A stretch of 63,842 nucleotides of DNA, filler included, from Octopus bimaculoides (Eukaryota), in the NCBI RefSeq assembly GCF_001194135.2. It is 6 parts of 6 records of this genome, joined end to end, with 100 filler letters (N's around TTAATTAATTAA, not from the genome) between each part and the next. Parts side by side here need not be neighbours in the genome. Positions count along the whole stretch, not along the records: positions 9,967 to 33,926 come from NC_068985.1; positions 34,027 to 44,158 come from NW_026410845.1; 4 more parts are not named here. The stretch is one strand, 5' to 3'. The notes under the pieces were generated by a model. That model worked only from the letters and a program-made list of their open reading frames with translations. It was not told the origin of the DNA and did not search any database. This document shows positions 25,155-35,760 of the stretch, piece after piece (position 1 is the stretch's first letter; each line of letters opens with the position of its first letter). Made by a program: the position numbers and the translations under genes.

Positions 25155-25429
25155 TGCGAGAATTTGGAATATGTAAACTGTTAAGGTTGTCTGCAATAAA
25201 TGGTGCGTTAGGGACTGTGAATAATGATTATACAAATGGTCGAAGGAGATTAGAACGGAATGTCCTGTAGAACTTCTACATAAAGTTTGCCTCTTAGGAA
25301 GGATTAAGATTATTAGAAGGATTTTGAGCACTTGAAAGAGTATTGAAAGCTTGTGGGTATCTAAGGTTATATATAACCTCGCTACCCACATGAATTCTAC
25401 CAGGAGTAAGACCAATCTTGAATCAAATC

Positions 25430-25430
<1 letters not shown>
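25155..25430 (+). mobile_element. R4/Dong-like RLE LINE 3' end, copy 1 (old, divergent)
   Basis: IWNM*TVKVV, NGALGTV, LLHKVCLLGRIKIIRRILST*, 3' UTR, then (AAT)n. Confidence 0.6.
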
Positions 25431-25499
<69 letters not shown>

Positions 25500-25875
25500 T
25501 GAGAAAGAGAGCAAACGATGCTGGATCATAGATATAGCATGCCCAGCAGAGAACAAGGTATGCGATAAGGAAAAAAGAAAAGTCGATAGATATAAAAGGT
25601 TAGCTTTGGAGGCTAAGCAGTTGTGGTTGCTGGAAAATGTGGTAGTAGTACCAATAATTGTCGGAGCACTGGGAACAGTGAATAAAAATCTTGAGAAGTA
25701 CATGGAACAAATAGGGTCTGCAATAAGGGTGGAGCACTTTCAGAAAACAACACTGCTTGGAACCTCTCGAATACGCCGGTTGGTGCTCGAAAAATAAGGA
25801 ATGTTACCTCAGTTTACTGGTAGTGAACAGCTGACACCGAAGTATATCTCCAGCGTTAGAAGCTGTGCAAAGTCA
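25500..25875 (+). mobile_element. R4/Dong-like RLE LINE 3' end, copy 2
   Basis: CWIIDIACPAENKVCDKEKRKVDRYKRLA...VVPIIVGALG...QKTTLLGTSRI*; begins in and ends in (AAT)n. Confidence 0.85.
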
Positions 25876-25880
25876 ATAAC

Positions 25881-25968
<88 letters not shown>

Positions 25969-25987
25969 TGATGATAATAATAATAAT

Positions 25988-26420
25988 GGACACTTTGCAT
26001 CAAGTATGGACTTGACAGAGCAAAAAATTGGTACGACTACAAACCTGAAGGCATCGTCGAAAATCGAAATGCAAAGATCCTGTGGGATTTTGTGATTCAG
26101 TGTGACCATGAGATGGAGAATAGGAAACCGGACATAGTCTTAATTGAGAAAGAAAACAAACTATGCTGGATCATAGATATATCATGCCCAGCTGACAACC
26201 AGGTATGCGATAAGGAAGAAAGAAAAGTTGAGACATATGACAAGTTAGCTTGGGAAGTTAAGCAGTTGTGGTCGATGAAAAAGGTAGCTGTAGTACCAAT
26301 AATTGTCGAAGCCCTGGGAACAGTGAGCAAAAATCTCGAGAAGTACCTGAAACAAATAGGGGCTGCAATAAGTGTGGAACGCTTGCAGAAAACAGCACTG
26401 CTTGGAACCGCTCGAATACT
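25988..26420 (+). mobile_element. R4/Dong-like RLE LINE 3' end, copy 3
   Basis: WYDYKPEGIVENRNAKILWDFVIQCDHEMENRKPDIVLIEK..CWIIDISCPAD..KEERKVETY (PD-D-K restriction-like endonuclease) ...LLGTARILR; 3' UTR missing. Confidence 0.88.
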
Positions 26421-26572
26421 CCGCTCGAATACTTCCTAAGTGTAAAGCAAGCAATTTTTAAGAAGTGGAATAGTATATTACATCGGCTGGTACATTATAT
26501 TATCAACACTATAAAGAATAAATATCGTCGGACATATTTTCGTCGTTCTAAAGAATCTCCGAACCACTATAT

Positions 26573-26574
<2 letters not shown>

Positions 26575-26669
<95 letters not shown>

Positions 26670-26690
26670 GTCGACGACGACGACGACCAC
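26575..26690. repeat. (GAT)n(GGT)n(GAC)n compound microsatellite
   Basis: Direct reading. Confidence 0.95.
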
Positions 26691-27616
26691 GAATTTCTTC
26701 ATTTCGCAGAAATTGATATAAAAACGCTATAGAAATTTAGCATTGAGACAATCACCAGATAACACGTAATATGTCTAATATTTTTATCTTCAACAACATT
26801 TTACATACATACTGACGTAACAATATTAACTCTTTGTCATGTTGTGTAGAAGTGAGCTTAATAGTTAAGGCCATTAATACAGCGACATAAAATATCAGTT
26901 GAATTAAAAACATTATAGCAATTAAGGAATGTGTCTAGAATTCCATTTCTAATTGACACAACTGAAGTGATACACAAACATTTTTCTGCATACAGATCAT
27001 CCACATAAATGGACGCATGCGTGTTCTAGAAAACAGCAATTCTAAGATCTCTAAGTAGTGTTTCATTATACTCGCATATTGTTTCTTAAACTTGAACACA
27101 TTCATTAAACTTCTATATCTTTCTTAACATTGAGCAGTTTTATGTGACCAAAAAAAAAAAAAAAGAGAATGATTTCACTAGTTGGAGCTCTATTAAAACC
27201 TCATCGGCGATTGATATGACAAGTTTCATGTTAACTCATTAACGATAGATTTCCTATTCCTGGTCACGACCAATAGCTTTTAAATGTGTATTTACTAAAA
27301 GCACACACATTGCCTTATAAGTTTGACTTATATTTTACTTATTTTGTCGCTGATATTTATGTTTCTTTTGTGTGCTTATTTCATTTACTTATTTACATTT
27401 TAATTATTCATTTATGTATTGTTTTAATCATTTCAACAGCTCTAAAATACATACATGTATATATTTATATATCTTTTGAAAACAGCCTTTTGCGCAATCG
27501 TCAACGTCGATAGACCGTCGTATAAATTGCTTTGCATTCCGAGTCACCTGTTAAATTCTACTTGGCTTTTACGCACTTAGGAGATAGATAAAACAAAGAG
27601 CATACACACACGCACG

Positions 27617-27734
<118 letters not shown>

Positions 27735-29130
27735 GATAAGGGAAACAAGTCCCTTGCAGTGAACTTCCGGCCGATCTTGCTCACCTCTCACATCATCAAG
27801 ATATTTGAGAGAGTGGTGAGATCACAGATAACCCACTTTCTTGAAAGCAATAGACTGCTGAACCCCAACCAACACGGCTTCCGTAATGGAAGGAACTGCG
27901 TAACGCAGCTCCTGCATCACCTTGATGACATTTTGAGAACCTTGGGAGAGGGCTCGAATACTGATGTTATCTACCTTGATTTCAGCAAGGCTTTGACAGG
28001 ATGGATCATAAGATCCTCTTGAAAAATTTATCCAGCATCGGTGTCTCTGGAAAGTTACTAGAATGGATCAAGTGTTCCCTGACTGGCTGAACCCAACAAG
28101 TTGTAGTCGAAGGAGTAAAATCAAGCCCAGCTACAGTCAGTAGTGGTGTTCCACCAGGCACTGTGATGCGCCCACTTTTTATCATCTACATCAATGACAT
28201 TACTGACATCATCAAGCACAGTAACATACGAATCATTGCAGATGATTCCAGGATCCAGAAGGTCATCAATGAAGTGCGTAACCGGGCATGCCTTCAGTCA
28301 GATCTACAGGCTGTCATCCAATGGGCAGAAAAGAATAATATGCAGCTGAACGAGACAAATTTGAGGATACTTTGAAACTTCATACTCCTTTCCTTCAGGT
28401 GAAACTCTCACAACATCCAACAACATCACATAAGCAGCAACGTTGACATGGCTCGCAGAATGTGTTCCTGGATTCTCAGAGCTTTCCAGACGAGAGATAT
28501 CCACACCATTATTCTTCTCTTCTCCACTTTTGCCCGACCCCCACCTTGAATATTGTTGTTCACTGTGGTCTCCCCACACGAAACAAAGTATCATGAAAAT
28601 TGAAGCACCTCAAAGGTCACTTACAAAAAAGATAAATGGCATCACAGGCCTTGACTATTGGGGTCGACTAGAAAAGCTCAAGCTTTATTCTCTCCAACGC
28701 TGCCGGGAGCACTACATCATCTGCATGATGTGGAAAATATTCCATCAGCATTGCCCAAATGATGTTGGCATCGTCTTTAAGATACACCCAAGACTTGGGC
28801 CCTGTGCTATCTACCCACAACATAAATCATACTTGCATCACATAACAATACGGCACATTATTTCACCTCAATTGGACACGGTCTCTTTAACATTACACCA
28901 AAACATATTAAAGCAGAGACAGACCCCAATAAAGTTCAAGAAGTCTTTGGCCACATTCCTTCAAAAAATCCCGGCTAAACCTCCTATACTCGAATATGTC
29001 TCCGTAAACAATAACTGTCTACTCGAGTGAGTCATGTTGTCCGATTCCTGATTTGAATGACTTTGTCAAGTGGTGCTATTACGTTAGACATGGCCTGGGC
29101 CAATAATGGCCGAAACCTATCAATTTATCA
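27735..29130 (+). mobile_element. 5'-truncated CR1/Jockey-superfamily LINE (RT to 3' end)
   Basis: NFRPILLTSHIIKIFERVV, LLNPNQHGFR, VIYLDFSKA, SGVPPGTV..PLFIIYINDI, IADDSRI, HLEYCCSLWSPH, KLKLYSLQRCRE; 3' stem-loop and TATCAA tail. Confidence 0.88.
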
Positions 29131-29150
29131 AAGTTTATATACATACATAC

Positions 29151-29186
<36 letters not shown>

Positions 29187-30769
29187 GCACGTATGTATAT
29201 ATACGTGCATACATATATACACGTATATATACATGTATATATACGTGTACACGTATATANNNNNNNNNNNNNNNNNNNNNNNNNNNNNNNNNNNNNNNNN
29301 NNNNNNNNNNNNNNNNNNNNNNNNNNNNNNNNNNNNNNNNNNNNNNNNNNNNNNNNNNNNNNNNNNNNNNNNNNNNNNNNNNNNNNNNNNNNNNNNNNNN
29401 NNNNNNNNNNNNNNNNNNNNNNNNNNNNNNNNNNNNNNNNNNNNNNNNNNNNNNNNNNNNNNNNNNNNNNNNNNNNNATAAATATATGTATATATACACA
29501 TATAATTACATATATGTATGTGTGTGTGTGTGTTTAGGGTTAGGGTTAGGAGGAGGATGGAATCTCCCATCTAAGACGGCGTATAAGTTTCTAGCAAAAT
29601 TTGATGCAGATTCTCTACTCAACTTTCTATGTCATATTCAATGCGACGATCACAACGTGTGATGAAGTGTTTTGCCCAAGAACACAGTGCACCACACGGT
29701 CTTGGTAAGAAAGNNNNNNNNNNNNNNNNNNNNNNNNNNNNNNNNNNNNNNNNNNNNNNNNNNNNNNNNNNNNNNNNNNNNNNNNNNNNNNNNNNNNNNN
29801 NNNNNNNNNNNNNNNNNNNNNNNNNNNNNNNNNNNNNNNNNNNNNNNNNNNNNNNNNNNNNNNNNNNNNNNNNNNNNNNNNNNNNNNNNNNNNNNNNNNN
29901 NNNNNNNNNNNNNNNNNNNNNNNNNNNNNNNNNNNNNNNNNNNNNNNNNNNNNNNNNNNNNNNNNNNNNNNNNNNNNNNNNNNNNNNNNNNNNNNNNNNN
30001 NNNNNNNNNNNNNNNNNNNNNNNNNNNNNNNNNNNNNNNNNNNNNNNNNNNNNNNNNNNNNNNNNNNNNNNNNNNNNNNNNNNNNNNNNNNNNNNNNNNN
30101 NNNNNNNNNNNNNNNNNNNNNNNNNNNNNNNNNNNNNNNNNNNNNNNNNNNNNNNNNNNNNNNNNNNNNNNNNNNNNNNNNNNNNNNNNNNNNNNNNNNN
30201 NNNNNNNNNNNNNNNNNNNNNNNNNNNNNNNNNNNNNNNNNNNNNNNNNNNNNNNNNNNNNNNNNNNNNNNNNNNNNNNNNNNNNNNNNNNNNNNNNNNN
30301 NNNNNNNNNNNNNNNNNNNNNNNNNNNNNNNNNNNNNNNNNNNNNNNNNNNNNNNNNNNNNNNNNNNNNNNNNNNNNNNNNNNNNNNNNNNNNNNNNNNN
30401 NNNNNNNNNNNNGAGAGCGAGAGAGTGAAAGATACACACATATACGCACACACAGAGACACACTCTATTCTGCAGCATATAGTTGAAAGGTACACACCAA
30501 TTACATCGATCTCAATGATTTGATTTGTATATTATCTTATCAGACACAGATGGAATGCAGAACGGTCTTCGTTGGTGAGATTTGAGCTCAGAACTTACAG
30601 ATTCAGAATAATCGACACAAGGTTATATTTTCGATGTTCAATCAACAATTGGTAGAGAAAGAAAGATGGAATGAGACAGAGGAAAAGCAAGTTTGGTCAT
30701 AGCCACATTGGAACCAGTGAGAGATGGAGAGAAGGTAGGGAATGGGAGAGGGGGAGGGAGAGAGATGGA

Positions 30770-31050
30770 GTGAGAAGAAGCAGGTGGAGGAGTAGGAGCA
30801 GGAGAAGGAGAAGGTGCAAGAGGAGTAGGAGGAGGAGTAGGAGGAGGAGTAGGAGGAGGAGTAGGAGGAGGAGTAGGAGGAGGAGTAGGGGGAGGAGTAG
30901 GAGGAGGAGTAGGAGGAGGAGTAGGTGCATGAAGAGGGGGACGAGGGGGGAGGAGGTGGAGGAGAAGGAGGAGGAGAAGGAGAGGAGAAGGAGAGGAGAA
31001 GGAGGAGGAGAAGGAGGAGGAGTGGGTGAAGGAGAAGGAGGAGAAGAAGT
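30770..31050. repeat. Purine-rich repeat with 12-bp period (AGGAGGAGGAGT)n
   Basis: Direct reading; source of the spurious poly-P/S/R ORFs. Confidence 0.95.
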
Positions 31051-31489
31051 GAGAGTAAGTGGGCGACAAAAAGTTGTCTGGTTAAGAATTTGCTTCTCAA
31101 TAACCTTCTTTGGACTTCGATCCCACTGTGCGACACATTGCGTAGCAACCGTGGTGAGTGGTGTCTTGCGAGAGAGGAACTGCTCATCCAGAAACTGAGA
31201 AGAAACATCTGGGACACACATGTATGAGTTTGGGTGAGCATAAGTGCGTGCGCGCGCAAGTGTGTGTGTGTACGCGTGTTTATGTAAACTAGCATAAATG
31301 AGATGAGGTGAATGAGAGACAGACAGTTATGTAACGTGAGAGATTATATCAGGTAGACAAAAAACGCAAAAGGCTGCAGACAAAATGCCAAACCCCACCA
31401 CACACGTACACACACACACAGTCACAAAAAAATATTTAGCACAAAATATTGGGCAAAATGAATTTTATACTGAAAAAAAACAGTAAAGG

Positions 31490-31833
31490 AAGCTTACGAA
31501 CCACATGATTCCGAGTTTAGTCCCACTGCGTGGCAACTTGGGCAAGTGTCTTCTACTATGGCCTCGGGCCGACCAAAGCCTTGTGAGTGAATTTGGTAGA
31601 CGGAAACTGAAAGAAGCCCGTCGTATATACATGTGTATATATATGTAAGTGTGTGTATATGTTTGTGTGTCTGTGTTTGTCACCCCAACATCGCTTGACA
31701 ACCGATGCTGGTGTGTTTACGTCTCCGTAACTTAGTGATTCGGCAAAACAGACCGATAGAATAAGTACTAGGCTTACAAAGAATAAGTCCTGGGGTCGAT
31801 TTACTCAAATGACTGAAACAAGTAAAAGAATAG
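31490..31833 (+). mobile_element. SINE family A
   Basis: Body match; small deletion in the tail. Confidence 0.85.
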
Positions 31834-32371
31834 TGAGATAATTAAAATATTCATATCTTATTAAAGTACATGTTGTGTTAGAGCTCAGAATAAACACAGA
31901 ATACTGCATTATTGCTATGAGAGGTTCTCTCGTATGGCCACGTGGTGCCTATATAAACACACGTTTATATTGTTGATAGGCAATAATCGGCTGCTGCGGC
32001 CGTCGGAACTGCCAGACATTGAGTTGTAAATTATGTATGTTACCGAAAGTGTCAATAAATTGTAGTCTCTGGATAGTGTCCTCTACTTTCATTTGTATAT
32101 TTGTTCTGCACCGGTTCATGGAAACTCCTTTGTCGTTCTTGTTGATAGAAATACAATGAATGTTCCATTGAAATCTTTCCAAAAGATTAAATAAAATTAC
32201 CATACAGGATGAGAGAGAAAGAGTGAGGGAGAGGGAGACAGAGCCAGAAAGATAGACAGACAGACACTCAGACAGAGGTGGAAAGGGTGATCGGAAGATC
32301 GGGAAGGCAAGAAAGGGTAAGAGCAAACATTATAATATACTACAAAAGAAACGTAATATTATATTAATTTT

Positions 32372-33263
32372 ATATGTGATCAATAAGTATCCGGACTATT
32401 GCCATAATAACGAAGCTAAAGCATGCAGAATAAAGCTGCTTGGCACAGATTGACCTTCAATTCTGCTGTGTATGTGCACTAAATTTTAATGTTCTAGCTC
32501 ACTTCTGATGTTTACAGCAGTGCTTAGAAGGAAGGTGTGTAGCGTGTGATAGTTGCATTGAATATGACATAGAAAGTTGAGTAGAGAATCTGCATCAAAT
32601 TTTGTCAAAAGCCTGGCGATATCTGTTCAGAGGCCTACGCAAAGTTTTCAAAATGTTTTCATCTTTCTTGACGCAATCAAGAACTTGTGCAACTGAAACC
32701 CGAGTGTCTTTTTGGTCAGCTGAAAGCAGTGTTGGCACAAAGTTAGCATACACGCGTCTCATACCCAAATCTTCAGCGATAATGGACTGAACTGAACCGT
32801 AACTAAACTACACATCCTCTGATAATTCACGGATGGTGATTCGACAAATTTCCCTCACAGCTGCACGCACGCCTGCGATATGTTTTCTCAGTTCTGATGG
32901 TTGCAGGTCTCCCAGAACGTTCCTCAATATCGACACTTTTTCGGCCATCTTGGAAATGTCTGAACCACTCGTACACTCTTGTGCGGCTCATACACTCCTC
33001 TCCATACACTTTCTGCAACTTTGCATAGGCCTCTGAGCAGGTATTACCATGACAACTTTCTTTGTCATGGTCAATGCGACAATCACACGTGACACACCTT
33101 CCTTCCAAGCACTGCTATAAACAGCGGAAGCGAGCTAGAAAGTTGAAACTTAGTGCGCATACTCAGCAGCGATCAAGGTCAATCTTTGCCAAGCGGTTTT
33201 ACTCTGCGTGCAATAGCTTCGTTACTATAGCAACAGTCTGGATATACTTATTGCTCAGACCTT
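32372..33263. mobile_element. Fold-back mariner relic made of two 5' halves
   Basis: Left arm (+): TIR, UTR, RICIKFCQK..CSEAYAK. Right arm (-): TIR, UTR, CSEAYAKLQKVYGEECMSRTRVYEWF..FQDG..ERSGRP..DLGMRRV..FVPTLL..DENILKT. Confidence 0.82.
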
Positions 33264-33682
33264 ATATATATATGTATATGTGCATGTATACACACATACA
33301 TATATCTGTCTTCCTCTATCTTTCTATCTATCCCTCTATCTACCTATCTATCTTTCTTCTTACCCATCTCCCCCTCTCGCTCTGCTTCTTTCTGTTATTC
33401 TAACTTCTACTTTACTGCAATACATTCCTGTGTCTTCCTCCTTGTTCCACTTCCTCCCTCCACCATCCTCTCTGCTCTCGTGTGACCTTTAGCCAACTTT
33501 CTTTTCACTCCAGCCGCTGTGAAGGCAAGACGAACTACTAGCGTTCTACATCAGATTCGCGTTTGGCTGTACAACTTTTTTATGTTGTTTTCACGGTCGA
33601 ATTTTTCCTGTCTTGCTTTACGTTTGCCACCTTGGAATTCTCTGTTTAGTGGGTTGATCCACTACTCAGGAAGAGACTATTC

Positions 33683-33860
33683 TAGAGTACGTTCTGCCTT
33701 ATCTTCGAAACGTCTAGTTAGAATAGAGGCAGCTGATGAATAATTCCAAGTGGCTTTCTGTTTTCCTATGTGTTCGTTCCGTTGTCTGTAGTTCATTGTT
33801 CTAACGTCCTGTACCCTGATATGCATCTATATACACATGTAGATGTAAGTATATACATAT
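33683..33860 (+). repeat. Interspersed repeat carrying GAAACG...GGCAGCTGATGA (second copy 35515-35700, minus)
   Basis: Both copies share TTAGAAT..GGCAGCTGATGA and GTCCTGTACCC.GATATGCATCTATATA.A. Confidence 0.7.
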
Positions 33861-33891
33861 ATGTGTGTATACATGCATATATATTCTTTGT

Positions 33892-33923
<32 letters not shown>

Positions 33924-34026
33924 TATNNNNNNNNNNNNNNNNNNNNNNNNNNNNNNNNNNNNNNNNNNNNTTAATTAATTAANNNNNNNNNNNNNNNNNN
34001 NNNNNNNNNNNNNNNNNNNNNNNNNN

Positions 34027-34065
<39 letters not shown>

Positions 34066-35018
34066 AACACACAATATACACTTATGAATAAATGTAACCT
34101 TCTATACTAAACCTGTTCAGTGTATTACTGTCAACATCTCTGAACAGATATCTATGTAATCTTTTCTTTAACAATTCACTAATTATGAGACAAAAATTTA
34201 TTATGTCGTATATTAATATGAATGGAGGTGTAGTTTCTTTATTGGTAATTGATAATGGATCAACTGAACTGTAATAGAGAGGAGTTTCTGAAGATTATCA
34301 AGCCTCACAATACTCCATTCAGAATTAAATCATAAATTTTTCTAAATTCATCTTTGATCTTCTTTCAGTCATTAGACTGTGGCCATGCTGGGGCACCATC
34401 TTGAGGGGTTTTTTAGTTAAACAAGTTGACCCCAGGACTAATTTTTAAAGCCTAGTACTTATTTTATTGGCTTCTTTTGCTGAACTGGCTAAGTTACAGG
34501 GTCATAAATACACCAACACCAGTCGTCAAGTGGTGATGAGGGAACAAACTGAGACACAAAGACACACATACATAGATATAACAACCAGTACTGATTTGTT
34601 TATGCCACTGTAACTTAGTAGTTCAGCAAATGGAGACCAATAGAATCAGCAACACACTTTAAAGTACATGGTGAGGTCAATTTCTAGGACAAAACCTTAC
34701 AAGGTAATACCCCAACACAACCACAGTTCAATGACTGAAACAAGTTAAAGACTTATTGAATAAAAGAATTTAAGAAGCACATTGAACATATTTATAGAAT
34801 TTTCAGGATGCAATAAAATCGAGGTATTTAAATAACAAAAGCATCAAGGTAAAATCAGAGATAGCATACCTGTACACTAACGTTGTGTACAGACACTCAA
34901 GTACTTACTAAAGTAATAACAGTTTTGTCACTTTCTCAGCTGGGACCAAGATGAGAGTGTCAATATGCAATATATACTTTTTGTGTGAAGAATACTAAAT
35001 GTTAAATTTTATTCTTAA

Positions 35019-35105
35019 TTCACCTGAAGAAATGGCTTCTATTTTTTACATAATGTAATTGATTTGTTCATCAATAAAAAACATGTCTGAAACAGCTGTA
35101 GTGAA
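35019..35105 (+). ncRNA. Hammerhead-like motif, second family
   Basis: Stem I UUCAC/GUGAA perfect; CUGAAGA; GAAA; palindrome ACAGCUGU; GUA triplet; long imperfect stem II. Confidence 0.5.
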
Positions 35106-35156
35106 CCTCAGCTCATCTCTGTTATATATATATATATATATATATANNNNNNNNNN

Positions 35157-35202
<46 letters not shown>

Positions 35203-35205
<3 letters not shown>

Positions 35206-35465
35206 GGTGCATGGCCAAGTGGCTAGACTGTTGCACACATGATCACTAGATCAAGGGTTTGATTCCCTGAATGGGTGGCGCATTGTGTTCTTGAGCAAAA
35301 CACTTCATTTAGCATTGCTCCAGTCCCCCTTCCAATCAGGGGATAATGTTGGCCTGCTCACCTAACCAGTAGGGTGGCAATATTTGAAAGCTAAAGCAAT
35401 GCACAAAGCACATTGTGACCAACGATGTGTAACAACATGGTTGGTCACATGATCGCATGATATAC
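35203..35465 (+). mobile_element. SINE family D (tRNA head, TGTGTTCTTGAGCAAAACACTT core, hairpin tail)
   Basis: A box TGGCCAAGTGG, B box GGTTTGATTCCC; related fragment at 29640-29713 (-). Confidence 0.7.
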
Positions 35466-35760
35466 ATACACACATACATATGTATGTAATACAAATAATA
35501 AATGAGTATATCCATATATACGTACATGTATGTACATACTTACATCTACCTGTATATATAGATGCATATCTGGGTACAGGACATTGCAAACAAAGTGTAG
35601 ACAAAATGATGAACGAGTACAGAAAACACACAGGCCACATAGAGAACATCTCCTTCATCAGCTGCCACCATTCTAATACAGGCGTTTTGAAGAGTTAGGG
35701 CAGATTGTATAGATAAATAGATAGATAGATAAATAGATAAATAGATAGATAGATAGATAA

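Noticed and set aside
29098-29116. GGCC-loop-GGCC-GAAAC as a hammerhead half
   Set aside because: No CUGANGA upstream; better explained as the LINE 3' recognition stem-loop.
30638-31295. Long P/S/R/L-rich ORFs on both strands
   Set aside because: Translation of a purine-rich 12-bp repeat.
31949-32326. 125-aa minus ORF with a protein-like middle
   Set aside because: Starts in a CT-rich repeat, no recognisable motif, weak splice signals.
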